From Schizochytrium sp. TIO01 (taxonomy: Eukaryota > Protista > Bigyra: Labyrinthulomycetes): a DNA stretch of 64,000 nt. The DNA lies in contig SMSO01000034.1 of assembly GCA_004764695.1 (NCBI GenBank), positions 62,001 through 126,000 on the forward strand. The letters are read 5' to 3'. Positions 29,358-43,900 of the stretch are shown in pieces. Under the pieces are notes generated by a model. The model had not been told where the DNA came from. It did no database searches and saw nothing but the letters and a program-made list of their open reading frames with translations. The translations under genes and the position numbers were made by a program. Position 1 is the first letter of the stretch; each line of letters begins with the position of its first letter.

Positions 29358-31418
29358 ATGACAACGCTGCATACGTCCAGTGGCCTCGCTACGAGCCATG
29401 GTGGCGGAGGTATGGTATTTGGTAACCAAATCGCCGAAGGTGCTTACACAGAGGTAATCTATGGCCTTATCAAGGAAAGAAAGTATGACGAAGTCATCAA
29501 TAAACTCACGCTTGAGTTACAGAACTTTCCTAGGAGCCGCGCTGCGCTTTCTCTGCTCGCCTACTCGTACTACATGTTGCAGGATTATCCCAACGCAGTA
29601 CGCCTCTATGAGCAGTTGACAAAGTTGCACCCTGACGTTCAAGAGTACCGCATTTATTTCGCTCAATCACTCTACAAAGCCGGTTTGTACCCAGAGGCGA
29701 CACGTGCATGCTTTCAAGTTGACGACCCGCAATATGCGCAGCGTATGGCCATGCTGCAAGCAAGCATCAAGTATCAACAAGACGATTTACGAGCATGCGA
29801 ATCTCTTGCTGACCAGTGCCTTCCTGATGACCCCGAAACTATTGTATGCCATGCCTGTGTAGCGTATAAAGAGGGCAAATACGAGGAAGCACGCGAAAAG
29901 TTTCAAGAGGCCATGAATACGCTTGGCTTTCAGGCCGATCTTGCACATAATATCGCTTTATGCCACTACCAGCAGGGTGAGTTTGGACCCGCACTCAAAC
30001 AGGTTGCAGAAATTATTGAACGTGGCGTTCGCGAGCACCCCGAGCTAGGAGTTGGAAGCAACTCAGAGGGCATCGATGTACGGAGTGTAGGAAACTCCCA
30101 AGTTCTCAAGGAAACCGCTCTTGTTGAGGCATTTAACCTCAAGGCTGCCATTGAATACTCAATGAAGCCCACTGGCAACCTCGACGCTGCACGCGAGGCG
30201 CTTAACGACATGCCCCCAAGAGCTGAAGAGGAACTTGACCCCGTGACTCTCCACAACCAAGCTCTCATGAATATCGACCAGGATTTTGCTACCGGATGCA
30301 GGAAGCTCAACTTCTTGCTTGGAAACCCGCCCCACCCTCCTCAAACATTTGGTAATCTGTTGATTTTGTATTGCAAGTATGCACTCTATGACTTAGCTGC
30401 CGATGTTCTTGCTGAGCACACACATCTTACCTTCAAGAACCTATCGCCAGAACTCTATGAGTTTCTTGATTCCACCATCATGGTAGAAACCTCACCCAAC
30501 GAGGCCTTTCGCAAGTATGATGAACTTGCCAAAAAACACGTCGAGAATCTCCGTAAACTCACCAAAAACATTCAGGACTCGCGGACAAATCGAGATAGCG
30601 ATGCTGTGCGCGATGCCCTTGCCGAATATGACCAAGCCCTCGAGCGCTACATCCCTGTACTCATGGCCCTTGCGCGCATCTACTGGGAGAAGGAGCACTA
30701 TCCAATGGTCGAGAAAATCTTCCGGCAAAGCTCAGAATTCTGCTCGGAGCATCCTGTTTGGAAACTCAACGTAGCTCATGTCTTCTTCATGCAGGGCAAA
30801 TTTAAGCAAGCAATTCACTTCTATGAGCCCATTGTAAAGCCATCCTTTTCCAACACACCTGCTGGAGGTTCTGCAGGCAGCACAAGTAATTCAAGCAACG
30901 GTGGGTCTATTCTTGACGTAACAGCAATTGTCCTCGCTAATCTTTGTGTTGCTTATATTATGACGTCACAAAACGAACGCGCAGAGGACCTTATGCGACG
31001 AATTGAGAAAGAAGAGGAACGCGTTGCAGATGACGACCCTGATAAGCAATGCTTCCATCTTTGCATTGTCAATTTAGTCATTGGTAACTTGTACTGTAGC
31101 AAGGGCAACATGGAATTTGGTATTTCAAGAATCATCAAGAGTCTTGAGCCTTATGACAAAAAACTTGGCACAGATACTTGGTTTTATGCCAAGCGCTGTT
31201 TTCTTGCGCTTGCTGAGAGTCTATCTAAACACATGATGATGCTTCCAGATGCATCGTATCGAGAGATTATTGATTTTCTCGATGCTGCAGATAAACATGG
31301 TAAAAAGGTGCCTACTATCATTGAGTCTGGCCCAGAGGCCAATGTTGACAAAGCTATTCACAATGTCTCCTATGAAGCACGCCTGCTTAAACGAATGTTT
31401 CTTCGTCTACTTGATTAA
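29358..31418 (+). CDS. IFT70: Intraflagellar transport protein 70 (TTC30/fleer/DYF-1), TPR protein
   Basis: Family motifs YTEVIYGLIKE, SRAALSLLAYSYY, IIERGVREHPELGVG, ALVEAFNLKAAIEY, DMPPRAEEELDPVTLHNQAL, HLCIVNLVIGNLYCSKGNMEFGISRIIKSLEPYDKKLGTDTWFYAKRCFL. The start may be the second ATG at 29412. Confidence 0.97.
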   Translation: MTTLHTSSGLATSHGGGGMVFGNQIAEGAYTEVIYGLIKERKYDEVINKLTLELQNFPRSRAALSLLAYSYYMLQDYPNAVRLYEQLTKLHPDVQEYRIYFAQSLYKAGLYPEATRACFQVDDPQYAQRMAMLQASIKYQQDDLRACESLADQCLPDDPETIVCHACVAYKEGKYEEAREKFQEAMNTLGFQADLAHNIALCHYQQGEFGPALKQVAEIIERGVREHPELGVGSNSEGIDVRSVGNSQVLKETALVEAFNLKAAIEYSMKPTGNLDAAREALNDMPPRAEEELDPVTLHNQALMNIDQDFATGCRKLNFLLGNPPHPPQTFGNLLILYCKYALYDLAADVLAEHTHLTFKNLSPELYEFLDSTIMVETSPNEAFRKYDELAKKHVENLRKLTKNIQDSRTNRDSDAVRDALAEYDQALERYIPVLMALARIYWEKEHYPMVEKIFRQSSEFCSEHPVWKLNVAHVFFMQGKFKQAIHFYEPIVKPSFSNTPAGGSAGSTSNSSNGGSILDVTAIVLANLCVAYIMTSQNERAEDLMRRIEKEEERVADDDPDKQCFHLCIVNLVIGNLYCSKGNMEFGISRIIKSLEPYDKKLGTDTWFYAKRCFLALAESLSKHMMMLPDASYREIIDFLDAADKHGKKVPTIIESGPEANVDKAIHNVSYEARLLKRMFLRLLD

Positions 31419-31908
31419 GCCAAGAGCTGCTCAAGCTCTCGTCCAGCTTCAACAGCAGAATTGGAAGATTTTGGTAAGGTGATTGATTGAGACTTAACCA
31501 AGAGAACCTTCCCAGCAAATAGTCTAAGCCACTTCACATCACCACTATTTCCGCTAAGCTAACTAACTCGTTATGAAATCACTAATTTTTTTTGTTTTAG
31601 TCCAAATATATGAGGTTCCAATTTTAAAATAAGCGCAGCTTCTGCATTTTACCAAAAGAGCATAACCCTAGAAGGTAATACTGTTCACACAATCATGTGC
31701 TGCACTACGCGAGCGCCGAGAATATATTTACTCTTTTTCTTTCTTTCTTTTTGAAAGCGAAAAGGCAAAAAAGAAAATATTGTATTATCCAAATTTTAAG
31801 ATTCATTGCGCTCCTCGCAACCTCATGTTTTTAAACCTCCAGTAAAAGTAGATAAGTTGCCTGGGTTAGTTAGAAAACAAACTTAGCTTTCGTTGAGAAC
31901 GACAAGTA

Positions 31909-34900
31909 TTACCTTGGTGGATCTCGATCGCCAAATGCGCGATCCATGCCGCGTAAGCCATCATGGACAACCGCCAAGACTGCTTCTAAATTGTCTGTGA
32001 GCGCAACATGGGTTTTCTCAGGCAGCTTCTCTTTATTCAAGTCAAGCTGTGACATGGCCAAATTCAAGGCAATTGTCGTGGCATCACCGAGAACTGATAC
32101 TTGTGGGTTGAACACAAATGGTTCCCTCTCATTTGTATTTGGCTTGAAAATTCTACGGGGCTCGCTCGTGCTACTACCTGATCCACTGCCTTCTGCACCT
32201 CCAGCACCATCTGTACCACTATTACCTGCTCCCTGGTCTTTTGAACCTGGCATGCTTGCTCCAGTACCATTCATATCTCCATGAACAGTCGGAAAACGCC
32301 CGGTGTGACCTGTCAAGTTTCGCGTACAAGATTGTGCAATTTCTCGTAAATAGGTCAAGTCTCGAATGTCCGTTGTTGTATTTAAAGGACCAGTAAACTC
32401 TGAGTGGAAAACATATTCCATCGACGGTAGTAAGTGGAAGTATTTTTGAGCACCAACAACCTTTTCTCGTACAAGTGAGCGATCAGGTGAAATAAGATTT
32501 TGTATGGTCTCCATACGAATCTTAAGAGGTGGAAGTCCAAAAATACCACGGATTCGCTTACGTCCTTTCTGATGGCGCTTGGTATCAAGACTTGGAAGCG
32601 AGGATGCAGCATCAGTATTTTGAGATCCACCCGGTGACGACGACAGAGTGCCTTTACTAGTATCAGCGTTACCTGCATTGCTGTCAATACCGTTTTGACC
32701 ATCACCCCCATCTGTCGAAGCACGAGACGAACCATCAACACTCTTGTCCCCGTCTCGTCTAGATGTCTCATTGGGGTTTACGGACCCGCCATCTTTGCCA
32801 GATCGTAATGATGTTGAAACGGTGGAAGTCGCTGAATTTGTCGCTCCACTAGTTGCTGTTGGCCTTTGAGCCCATGTCTGGTCAGAACCAAACATCCCCA
32901 CAGTCGTAAGATCAGATTTGACTAGTAGCTTTTGGAATCGTGTCACGTCACATTTACCATGCAACTCAACGACAAGCTCCCGCACCAATGTGTGCCGACG
33001 CTTCTCAATCTCCAAAGAAAACTTTGCAGACCGATCAATTGATATTGCTGCTGCCGCAGACCGCCGCACATCGTTGAGAACACCATGAACAACTGATATA
33101 TCAAAGCGACCAATCTCAAAGTAGATCGTTCCAATTGCCTTTAATGATCGTGTAGTTGCGTTGTCCGCTCCAGATAGCTCTTGTGAGGCATGATTGCGAC
33201 TATCATCATTAGTTGTACCACCACTATCCCGGGACAGATGTCTTCTAGTAGCAAGCCTTCTTGAAGCAGTCTCACTCAAGAACTTAGGGCGAGTGGCTTT
33301 TTTGGCATCAGACACTTGTTCGCGCATTGTATTCATTAGCTTCAATAAAATAGGCACCATCTCACTCGATGCTTGTAAATCAAGCATTGAAGAATATACA
33401 GATACAAGCTGTGTACACACATTATTCTCTGGAATCACCTCAGAAATATACACAGAAAAATCATGTGAATCAAAACTGAACAACATTGTTCTTTGACGTG
33501 TGGCATCATTGCCAAATACCAACGACATTTGAGCACAAAGTTGGTCACGCATACGAAACACACAGTGATTCAAAGCACGTTTTCTCTTCATCCATTGTTG
33601 CCACTCATTGATTGGTGCAGGTCCACTTTCTTGGTATCGCTTAAACTCGTTTGCTGAGATGTAAGATGGGTGGTTCATCAGCTCCTCCAGGGACGGCATA
33701 TTTTGCGAGTCGCGCATCAAATGGACAACCAATCCAGAGTCAAGACGCATGCCGCCTTCAAGACGCCCATCAAACTGCACGATAACAGACCGCATATCAA
33801 GATATAAGTGCGTAGTTTCTACCTCGGTTTCGTTGGCACGTTTTTCAGGTTGAAAATAACGAGTCGCCAGACCAGAAGCTCGGAAACGCATTTTGGAGTG
33901 TAACATGCCTAGATCCACAAGAACTTCAACGCTTGCTACCCGAGCTTGCACCATCATGGTCGCCAGAGGCTTCCGACGCTCTGCAACCAGAGACCCAAGC
34001 ATGAACTCGTCATCCAAATCAATATCTGAGTCAACTTCCTGCGAACCACCCAAGTCATCCGGTAGATCAGACAAACCTCGCCCACCTGCCGAGTCTGCAA
34101 ATAATTGTGAAGAACTGTGCTGGCCCACTAGCTTATAGTCCCCTGGGGCAATTTGGGCGTGCGAATATACAGAAGAACTTGTAATGGAAGGCTCAGAAGC
34201 AGCAAATGCCGCTGTTAGCAGCCCTTCTGCTTCTAACCAATCACGTTGCCAGCCATACTGAACACCAAACAGCTTGTCCATGCTCCACACACTTGCATCC
34301 ACATCAACGCGCTCAATGTCAAAGTATGATACTACAACAGGAAGTTGCATCAGACCATGCGCACGATTTACTTGTGCTTGTAGTGAGTGAACCATTCCCT
34401 TTGAAAAGTGCGATGCACGGTTTATCACAAGCTCAATCGTGGGAACATTCACGCTGACACATTCGAGAACAAATTGGTCAGCCTCTTCATCATCTTCACG
34501 CATTCGCATCATACCACTGCTCCATGATACCTCAACACCTTGCGTGATTACTATTGTCGCATCAACATCATCACCTGTGCTCAAAGCACTAAATTTTGAT
34601 GATGCCTCAAATGGAGAGATGTGAACCAGAACATTCCAGCTCACGTTTGACCGTAGGCTAATTGGCGCTTCTGAAATACCGCCATTCCCTTCACTTTCCT
34701 GATCAGAGATATTTTCATGGAGGTCATCGTGAGCAGCTATATGGCTCATATCAATTGACATGCCATCACCAGTATCCTCGTCAAAATCAGACTCTTTTGA
34801 ATCTTCACCTGCAGGACGATTAAAGCCTGTTGGTGGATACTTTCCTTGACGATAATCATCAAGATGTTTTAGCAAATGTTGCAAAGTAAGCAATAACAAC

Positions 34901-37900
34901 GGCGTTACGGGCATGTCAGGAATATCAACCTCAATCTTGCTGTTGATCTCTGTGACCGGTTCATAGAAGGCACCAACTTCAAGAGATGGTGAACTCACTT
35001 CATCAACTCCATCTAGATGAAAATGTGTAGTAGAGGGTGTTCGACCTCGCATGCCGGCAACATTGTGTGGAACTGATGTACTTGATGAAGCACGCCGACG
35101 AGACCCAGCAGTTTGACTCCGCGCTTGCGTTGTTGGTTCGTCTGCGCTATCACTAGGAGCAAGCCGCGCTGGCCATGGAGTTTCTTCCCAGTCTCTCGAT
35201 ATGAAAGTCGTCAGAGACAGGCTTGGTACTGGGATGCGCTGTTGCAATTGAGGCCGAAGTGGGGTGCCAAAAAGGATACCAGGGCCTTGAAGCACGCGAG
35301 CTGTAATCTCGATCTTCGTTCGATAAGGCTTAATCTTAAACCAGGTTGGGAAAAGACCTTCATCCTCTGGTCCTCCATCGCCTCCAGAGCGCTCCGCAGC
35401 GCGAACCGTACTACTTGCTGCTGTATTGTAATCATGGGGCACAGGGTTGAAATCTGAATGGCTTTTATTTCGTTGGATGGTTGCTTCGTTGCTAGCTTGG
35501 TTGACGCCGACCCAGTGTGTGGCAACGAGTCCTGCGAGAAGGGGCATGTGTCCAACACTCACAAAAATGTCTGGTCCAGATAACGTTGAAGACAGCACAA
35601 GACGAACTTCTGTGCTTTGACTGTTTCCGCCCAATGAGCATGTAATACTACTTAACTTACCACGCAAGGGGCTTGCGTTGTAAACCTGTCGAACGCACTC
35701 TATCGTTGTCATTTTCTGCTCAAGCTTTGGACGATTTGACCTCACAGCAACACCAACTGGAGGAGAAATCAAGCTCTCATCAAAGTTTCCACTGAGTCCT
35801 AAGCAGCTCACAGACTTGTGATCAGATGTCACGCAGATTTTCACCTCTTGGCAAATAATAGTTCCAAGCAGAGAGCTTTCTCGCTGCCTCATCATTGGAG
35901 TTGGCCCAGACCCAGCTTCGGATGTCTGGCTTGACTCCTCAGGCGTATTAAGACTCGCATACAAACGGTGAGAGGACTTTTGAATACGCCTGTGAAGACT
36001 TTCTACAGACTCACCCTCGCTCAGATGATCAAAGAGAGCAGTGATTAGATTGTCCACATATGATCGGCAACGCAACTGCTCCATGAAAATAATGCCTGCT
36101 GCTGGACCTCCACTTGGGCTTTTGAAGGGAAACAATATCATAGTATTGTCAATACCTACATTCACCGCAAGGCGACGCAAGGCTTGCAAATACGTACGTC
36201 GATGAGTCAACTCTGAGCGAATAGGGTCGCGGACATTCTTCCATACAAGCTGAACGTATCGGTCCATTTGCTCGAATTTGTTAGGCATTGCATCTCCAGA
36301 GACTTCAGAACCACGACGAGAGACCTCGCCTCCCACCTTCTCGTTTGCACGCATGTATCGGTACATCCGTAACGCTTGCAGATAATCGTCAGTAAGGATC
36401 TGTCCGGAGTCAATAAAACCTGGTTGGATTTCAACGCGAGTGTTATTAACCGTGACAGTGCACGTCTGATTCCAAGCCGAGCGAGCCACGCTTGCCATAT
36501 CATCATTATGTCCAGCAAAGCGCTGAATTGATGAACGAGGGTCATAGAGGATCTTTAGATCCGTCTTTGCGTCGAAGAGTACGCGATCCTGGCCCCGGCG
36601 CTGCTTCAGGGAGCACTGGAGCCCGCGGAAGTGCACAGTCGCAAACCAAACCATCTCTTTATTCTCTAGTATGAGTGCGTCGGAGACTTCATGTTCGTGC
36701 GGTGTCGCAAAATCTCGAGCTAGGCCTGATTTGACAAGCAATTCGAATTTCCCAGTATTTACATGTGCATAGGGCCGGCGCGCACCCTCTCGGTCATCTT
36801 CATCAGCATGGGCGGTAAGAGAGACACCTCCAAGCATGAAGACAAGCACATATCGCATTGGCCGGAGAGGCTTACTTACTTGATCATAGTGATGTTCTTC
36901 TGGCTCCTCAGTTACAGTGGAAATCATATTCAGTCTTGATCCATTCTTATGTACTTTGCGTCTCCCGCTTCGTGTACTGCCTGACCTTCGCATACGTGTA
37001 TCAACATGAAGTGGTGGACGGCGCCTCATTTTACCGCTAAGATCTCTGAAGTTGTCACCATCATTCTCGACAGATAAGTCATTGTTGGCTAATTTCTCTT
37101 GTGCAGTGGAGGCTTGCTCATGTATTGTAGACTCCAATTTATCGGGGGCGTTATTGTTTGAACGCTTCTCTTCCTTTGTTGCACGGCGTTGCTCCTTTTT
37201 TGACTGTCGGGACTTGCTTGACTTTGCGAAACTGGCGGAGACACGTGAAACGGTAGCAAGAAGCATATTAATCTCGCTTGCAAGACCAGTTTGAAGAATA
37301 AGAAATTGCTCAACAATGTCTGGTGTAAAGCTATTGCAGATTGGTTCTACAACAACTCGGAGGCGCAATACAAGCTCTTGGTCATCTTGTTTTCCTTGTA
37401 GAACACCACCAAGCCCTGGAATCCGTACCTGAGGAAGAGTGCTACCGCTCCGGCGAGATCCAGGTTCAGAGTTGAGACTGACACTCTCCAGGCTGTACGA
37501 TTTACGATGCCGGGGCTTGACATTTCGTGTAGAATCCATAAATCCATAGTCATCCTCCTCGTCGCGTGAATGAGCTGAGTGCAACGGCTCGTGTTGTTCA
37601 CTCGCTTCATCTTCGTCACGGTGGTTGAATGATACAGGTAATCTTCTGTTCGAAGCGGCAAGACATGCATGAATCCACACGCATGGCAAAGACTGTTCAA
37701 AGGAAACCTCTGGTGCAGCACCATGACTACTACCCAGGCTACCTGTCTCAGACGACCCAATAGCACGGCGACGTTTGTCGAATGCCACTTGGCTTCGACT
37801 TAAATGCAGCTGGGTATCCAGTTGTCCATTTGGCAACTTGCGTAAAGTAAGGGTTATGCTTTCCATTTCGTAGGTCATTAGCAGTTTTGAATGAGGTTGG

Positions 37901-40900
37901 AGTAGTGTTGAGAGGTTTCGAATGCGCACTACGACAGAGTAACGCACTTTCACAAGGCCCGAAGCTTCTGCATCTAGAACAGCAGCTTTGTTTGCTAATG
38001 CTTCAATATGTTCTTGAATAGAACGTCGCCTTGCGCGTTTGGCTTTTTTGTCTCTTTTCGAACGCCTGGAAGCGCGGACCTCTGCAGCGATGCGGGACAA
38101 TGGAGACATTGTTGAGGACCTGTATTGTTTCTTTTTCGCCTGGCTATTATGCCCTTTTTGAGACTGCGAAGTATGTGCATTGTTATTCACAGCAAAAGAT
38201 GCTGTTGCTGGTGGCGAGGGTGAGGGCCAAACAGGCTCCATATTTGCAGCAGCGTAAACTTTCCATTTTTCTGCGGCTTCTCTATACGCAAATGCCCATG
38301 CATCAACAAGATCATGCAAACGACGGTGGTCAATCGCATGCAAAGGAACCTTACCAGAGGCCTCGCTCATGGCCCACAATACTTGCACGTCAGTGAGGTG
38401 TTCATCCCCAAGTCCAAGCGTAGCCCTGGAATTTGCGACGGCAAGCATAACGTTTACACAAAGTCCACCCAGCACCCCCTTGATCTCCCAAAGTCGACTG
38501 GCTCGATGCTTGCTGCTTTTAGCCGAAGGCCGCTTCGCACCAACAATTTTGCCAACACATTCCTTTACATCGAGGAGAACAAAATCACGCAAGCGGCCTC
38601 GCAGGCGTCCAGTATCTGCAGCGTTGGAAGATGCAGAATCGCCCATCCCAGAAGGTGGTGGTCCTGATGAATCCTGCGTCTGTCCCTTGTTGTTATTGTT
38701 CGCTGTGCCGTTGGTGTGGCTAGAGTGATCCTCACTGTCAGATTTCCGATCCTCAAGGCGCATAGCCCTCTCAGTGCGCTTCGTTAACAACCCACTGTAA
38801 CGACTCCATCCGAATGTGAAGTCTCTCAATTGGGCAACTGCACGAGTTTCCTCACCATCGTTTGAAACATTTGATTCGTTTCGATTCGGTTCCATTGCAG
38901 AAGATTGTACCTCACAATCTACCTCACCAATAGTTGTTGAAAAGAAGATCGAAATCTGCTCGGTTGTTACAGGTGTCTCTGCATCATTGTCTCCGTCAGG
39001 AGAGGCGTCCGAACGAAATGAATCTTGCGCATCGATTTGCATTTTGCGACTTGATCCGTTCGCTGATGATGAAGTGGGAAGGCCATCAGACTCAACAGTA
39101 TGAAATAAGGAAGTGCGTAGCGGAGACATGATATTCCGTGGAAGATCCATGGACTGTGGTCTGCTTCCATCATATCTACGAGAACGTGTTCCCGGCTGAG
39201 GAGGAACTGCAGGCCCAGTGCTCGCTCCAAAGGTTTCCGTCCGCAGGATTGAAGAAGTATTAGGACTTGTAATTTGTAGGTCTGCACCGTCTCGTCTCTG
39301 AAAACCAGCCATGACAGATCCTCGACGTCTAGAGCCATCATTTGATTTCTTGTCTGGGCCTTCATTCGACACACTTGATGAGTATGGGCGAGTAAACCCT
39401 CCTCGGAAAGACTCCTGACGCTGGTCCGGAAGATCGAGTTCTCCAATGGCATCGGCAAAGCTCCCACCCTGCCCTACAGCAATTCCCACATTGCCCCCTA
39501 CGTTTTTATGCGCACTTTGACGAGCCTGTGCAAACGGGATACTCAGGTCTATTGAACTTGGCAACTGAGTAAAGCGCGACGTGCGAGGTGCTTGGTAGCT
39601 TCCAAAATCAATCGGTTCCGTATACTGCTCAAACTGCGCATCGAAAATCCGATTGTTGAACGGGTTAAGACCATTCACAGGAGCCATGTCTTCGTTGCGA
39701 CGGATGGTGCTGACTTCCTGCTCATGTAAGTGGGCAGCAAGTCTCCTACGATAGTAATAGTCAGAGAGTACAGCTCCGGACTGATGCACTACTGCTTGAA
39801 CCGCACTCACTGCTCTAACGATCTCTGGTGAAATGGACAACCAAGTTCGATCGGTTTTAGCGGTGATGTTAAATTCGATATCATACAGCCAGGGTACTGC
39901 ACCTTCTTCTTTGATCTGCATTTGGCGCTGTGGTCGGCGCATTTTTTTCCGCTGATTCTCAAAAACAATTTTATGCATTGTAACAGAGGTTCCAGCAAAT
40001 GCACAATCCATACTGATATATCTCGCCGGTATCATAACAATAGTATTCCACTCCCGCTTTGGAGAGCTTGCGCTTGGCTGATGTTCTGCATGTTGCTTAG
40101 TCGACTCTCCTAGGCTACCGTTATTTATTGATGAAGTAACATCGAGGTCCCGCGCAACACCAGTGCCAGCATCCTGTGGGACCTGTGCACTCGATGGTGC
40201 AGACCAATGACCTTGCTGAAAAACGCCAGCCATAGACTGTCGTTGAGGCGCAAGCTTTGAGATATAAACCTTCATGTCAATGCCGCGAACAGATACGCTC
40301 AGTTCTAGACCTTCCGGCTTACGGCTAACAGATGCTAGCTTCTGAGGTGCTGCACGTTCTGTGCAACCCTCTAATACCTCGCGGAAAAAGGTGCTTGTCC
40401 CTGGTAAAGCAGCTGCAATACCGTTTTCAAAAAAATCTTCCATGTAGACTCCAACACCCGCCAAAATATCAAGTGGAATTGGGTTCAGATGTGCGTTGCG
40501 GTCAAGTTGGCAATTAGCGATTTCCTGATTAAGATGCTCATACTCTGGAACAAAGCATGCAATTCGTCGAAACAAATCCATAATCAAAACAGAAGTCAAG
40601 TTCACCTCACCGGTGTTATACTGTCTCCACTCCTCCAAAGGGCACGTCTCTACAAGACTTTGCACTTTCTCATGTTCAGTGTGTAAATCTCGTGCATCAA
40701 GACTGTCGAGACGGATCGCCAATTTCAAAACTTGACCTGCAAGTAAAGCCCATTGGTGTTGTCGGCGAAAGTAAATACCGGTGCGAGCTTCGTACAAGCT
40801 CTGCACAGCCTGTACCCATACGTATGCAGTATTGTAGATGGCGTGCACTGCATCACTTGCACACTGCATACGAAGAACATCTAGGTGCATATTAAATGCA

Positions 40901-43900
40901 CTGTCCGCTTTAGTGGCGTCAGCTTTGTCTAGTCGGGGTGTAGTTGTGTAGCCATTGGCTCGTAGCTCATGTACCCCAAAGGACGCGAGGTTACAAACAT
41001 TTTTGAGAAATAATGTTGATGCCCTAGGTCTTTGATTGGCTGTGTCGAAATTTCGTACAATGCTACTTGCGTGCAAGATTCCCAAGCGTACTTCAAAGTC
41101 ATGCAAAGCGATTTTAATTCTTCGTTCTGAATCAATGTTAGAAACTGCCATAGCTGCATGAATATTACTCGTTAGCTCGTTCTTCCGAGGAAGCCCAGCA
41201 ACGGCGGTTGCTCCTCCTAGTGCAAATTGAGAGGACTCGCCGATTTTTTGTACCATTACAATGGAAATCTGCCTTGAACACGCCTGCAAGAGGTATGGCA
41301 CTGGTTTCTCACGGCCCGGCCTTCCTCGTCGACGCCGGTCATTCTGACGGTCACCAGGCTTCTGTTGTCCAGGCACCTGCGACGTAGCTTTATCACCAGC
41401 TTCTTCATTAGGTTGTTGGCTTTTGGATTTTCTCTCTCTCTCAAAAAATGGTATACATGTATGCAAGAGTCGAAGATTAATGCCTTCAATCTTTACACTT
41501 ACACGCAGAGATGAGGACACCATTTCACCCACATCGGGTCCAGCTGATGTCTGCGAAGCCCCTGGGGTAGACATGTAAGATTTTTCAAAGAAGTTAAGCA
41601 TCTGGTCCATGTTGGGTGCCACAGGATAGTAAGCCAACATAACCTGCTCCATTTCACGAATCGCCTGAGGGGTCGCAAACACGTCGATAATGCGGCACGC
41701 ATCCACTCGAAGAATTTGGGAATGCATAGCATCCTCGATAGATTTATTGTCATCGCTACGCTCACCGGTGTGATCATCTGTCTCATCCATATAATCTTGA
41801 TAGAGTGATCTCTTGCTGAATGGCTTACCTGAGTCCACCGGGAGCATACATGATCCGCCCCCGAGAGAGGAGATTGAAGTAAATTGAACTTGTGACTCGC
41901 CAACGTTCCCGCGAAGAACGCCCTGTCGAAATGAGCTAGCAAGATTAAGAGGGTTCGACCGCCCACCATAAGACGTAGTAGGAAACTCATGCATCGAAAA
42001 CTGGCGAGTTTCCAAGTCAAAATGCTCGAGATATGGCGCGAGATTTGCAACTTCAACTTGATTAGAGCTTTGTGTAGAGCTTGTATATGACTTGAGATCC
42101 GCAGCGACAAAGAGAAGCGGGCTAGTATCTTCATTTTCTGATCGGAGACCTCGTCGTTCAAAATAGTTACGGCTATCAACACTTTCTGAAGATTTATCGC
42201 TCATTGACTCCTCAGAAGAAGACTGATAACCGTCCAGAGAACTATCTTCAGGCTGGATAGCATGTCTGTTCTTTCTCCTTGAATTGCGGCGTTTTGTGTG
42301 GTGAGGTAGCAGAGGAGGAGGGGCCGGTGTTGGGGAAGATGAAGACGAGGAATGCCCTGACGAAGATCCAGATGAACTTGATGAAAGATCAGAACCTGAG
42401 GAGGAAGACGTCAAGGATGATGATGAGGAATCTGAGAATGAAGATGAGGAACCAGATGAAGAAGATGATGAAGAAGATGATGAAGAAGATGACGACGACG
42501 AGGAGGAGGAGCCAGATGATGATACTGACGACTCCTTCGGAGTCATCATCGGAGGATCAGACGATTGGTGCTCAAATAGCCTCTCATGGGATGCAATATT
42601 TTTTGAGCCTAATGAAGTGCCAGAATGCCAGCTGGAACGGGCCGAGCAAAACGACGCATTATCATCCGAAAGGTTGCCTGAGGGCTCTGGGGAGAAAAAG
42701 TGAGCAGACTCGCTACGTTCAAGGGAGTTGTATAGCTCTTGGGTCGGATCTAGATCCTTGGTCTCGACCTGTAGTGTACTTTGGTTGACGTCACTTGAGG
42801 CGTCTGTCAGGACCTCTTTTTCCTCAACGTCATAATCGTGCTCGCCGTCATTCTCTGAGCTAGAGGAGGCACAGGAGTTATCAACTGGTGTGACGCCCTC
42901 GCTCTCTGGTACCTCCAAGGACTTATAGTTAAATCCACAAAGCTGAAGACCATACTTGTAGTCAACTTTAAAAAGTTGAGATTCGATTGGTAGAACCAAG
43001 CTTGCAGTTACATCATTAAACTGCCTTACTTGCTGCTCACGAACCTCGTTGTAGGTATCCCAAAAGATCTTCTGTTCAAGAGCTTCTACCTCTAAGTTTG
43101 GTATGCGGCCCTCAAGACAAATTCGCGCTGCACCCTGCAGCAGCCCGACCTGGACCCACGTATCCAACAGATCTTCCACTGTTCCCGATCCTGATGCGTA
43201 TGGATTGAAGTACATGCTAGACTCAACATACCGCGCGTAAGAAGGGTTCTGACGATAGGCATGTTTGGGACTGCTTGTTTTGCTTCGACGCTCGCTTGGT
43301 TTATCTGCTCTCGACAAATGCCGAAGAGTAAGACTCAGTTCTTCCAAAGACTGAATAAACCATGCTTTTTTTTCGTCAATCAACGAATCGCCACGGAGCT
43401 CGAATGGGGAAATACCGAAAGAAAACAAACTTTTGCCCGACGGCATCCATAAAGTCACATCTAGCCCGCCTAGTACTACAGATGTTGTTGACCGGCTATA
43501 AAGCTTTTCCTGCAAACGAACGCGGTCTTCGTCAAGAAGAGAATCAAAAATTCCTTGATCGAGCGTTCGTGACGGGTTATGCCCGCCGATGATTGCATCG
43601 TCAAATTGTGTGCCATACTGTGAAGACTCATATGCATATTCAGGCTCTGAGTTTGTTTCTGTTGCTTGCGAAGATGCCCCAAATTCAATGTCTCTTGCAT
43701 TCCGAGGTCCCATCATAGAATTTACACTCGCGCGGCTCCCGTTGTAAAACGATGAATTTGCACCATTGCCATTGGTGGTATTGTTGTATATAGAATAGCT
43801 AGTACTATTGATACCGCTGCCGCTACCACCACCGACATTAACATTACTGCTGTTTCCAACACCATTTCCTTGACTGTTAGTAACAGAGCTGCGACGGTAA

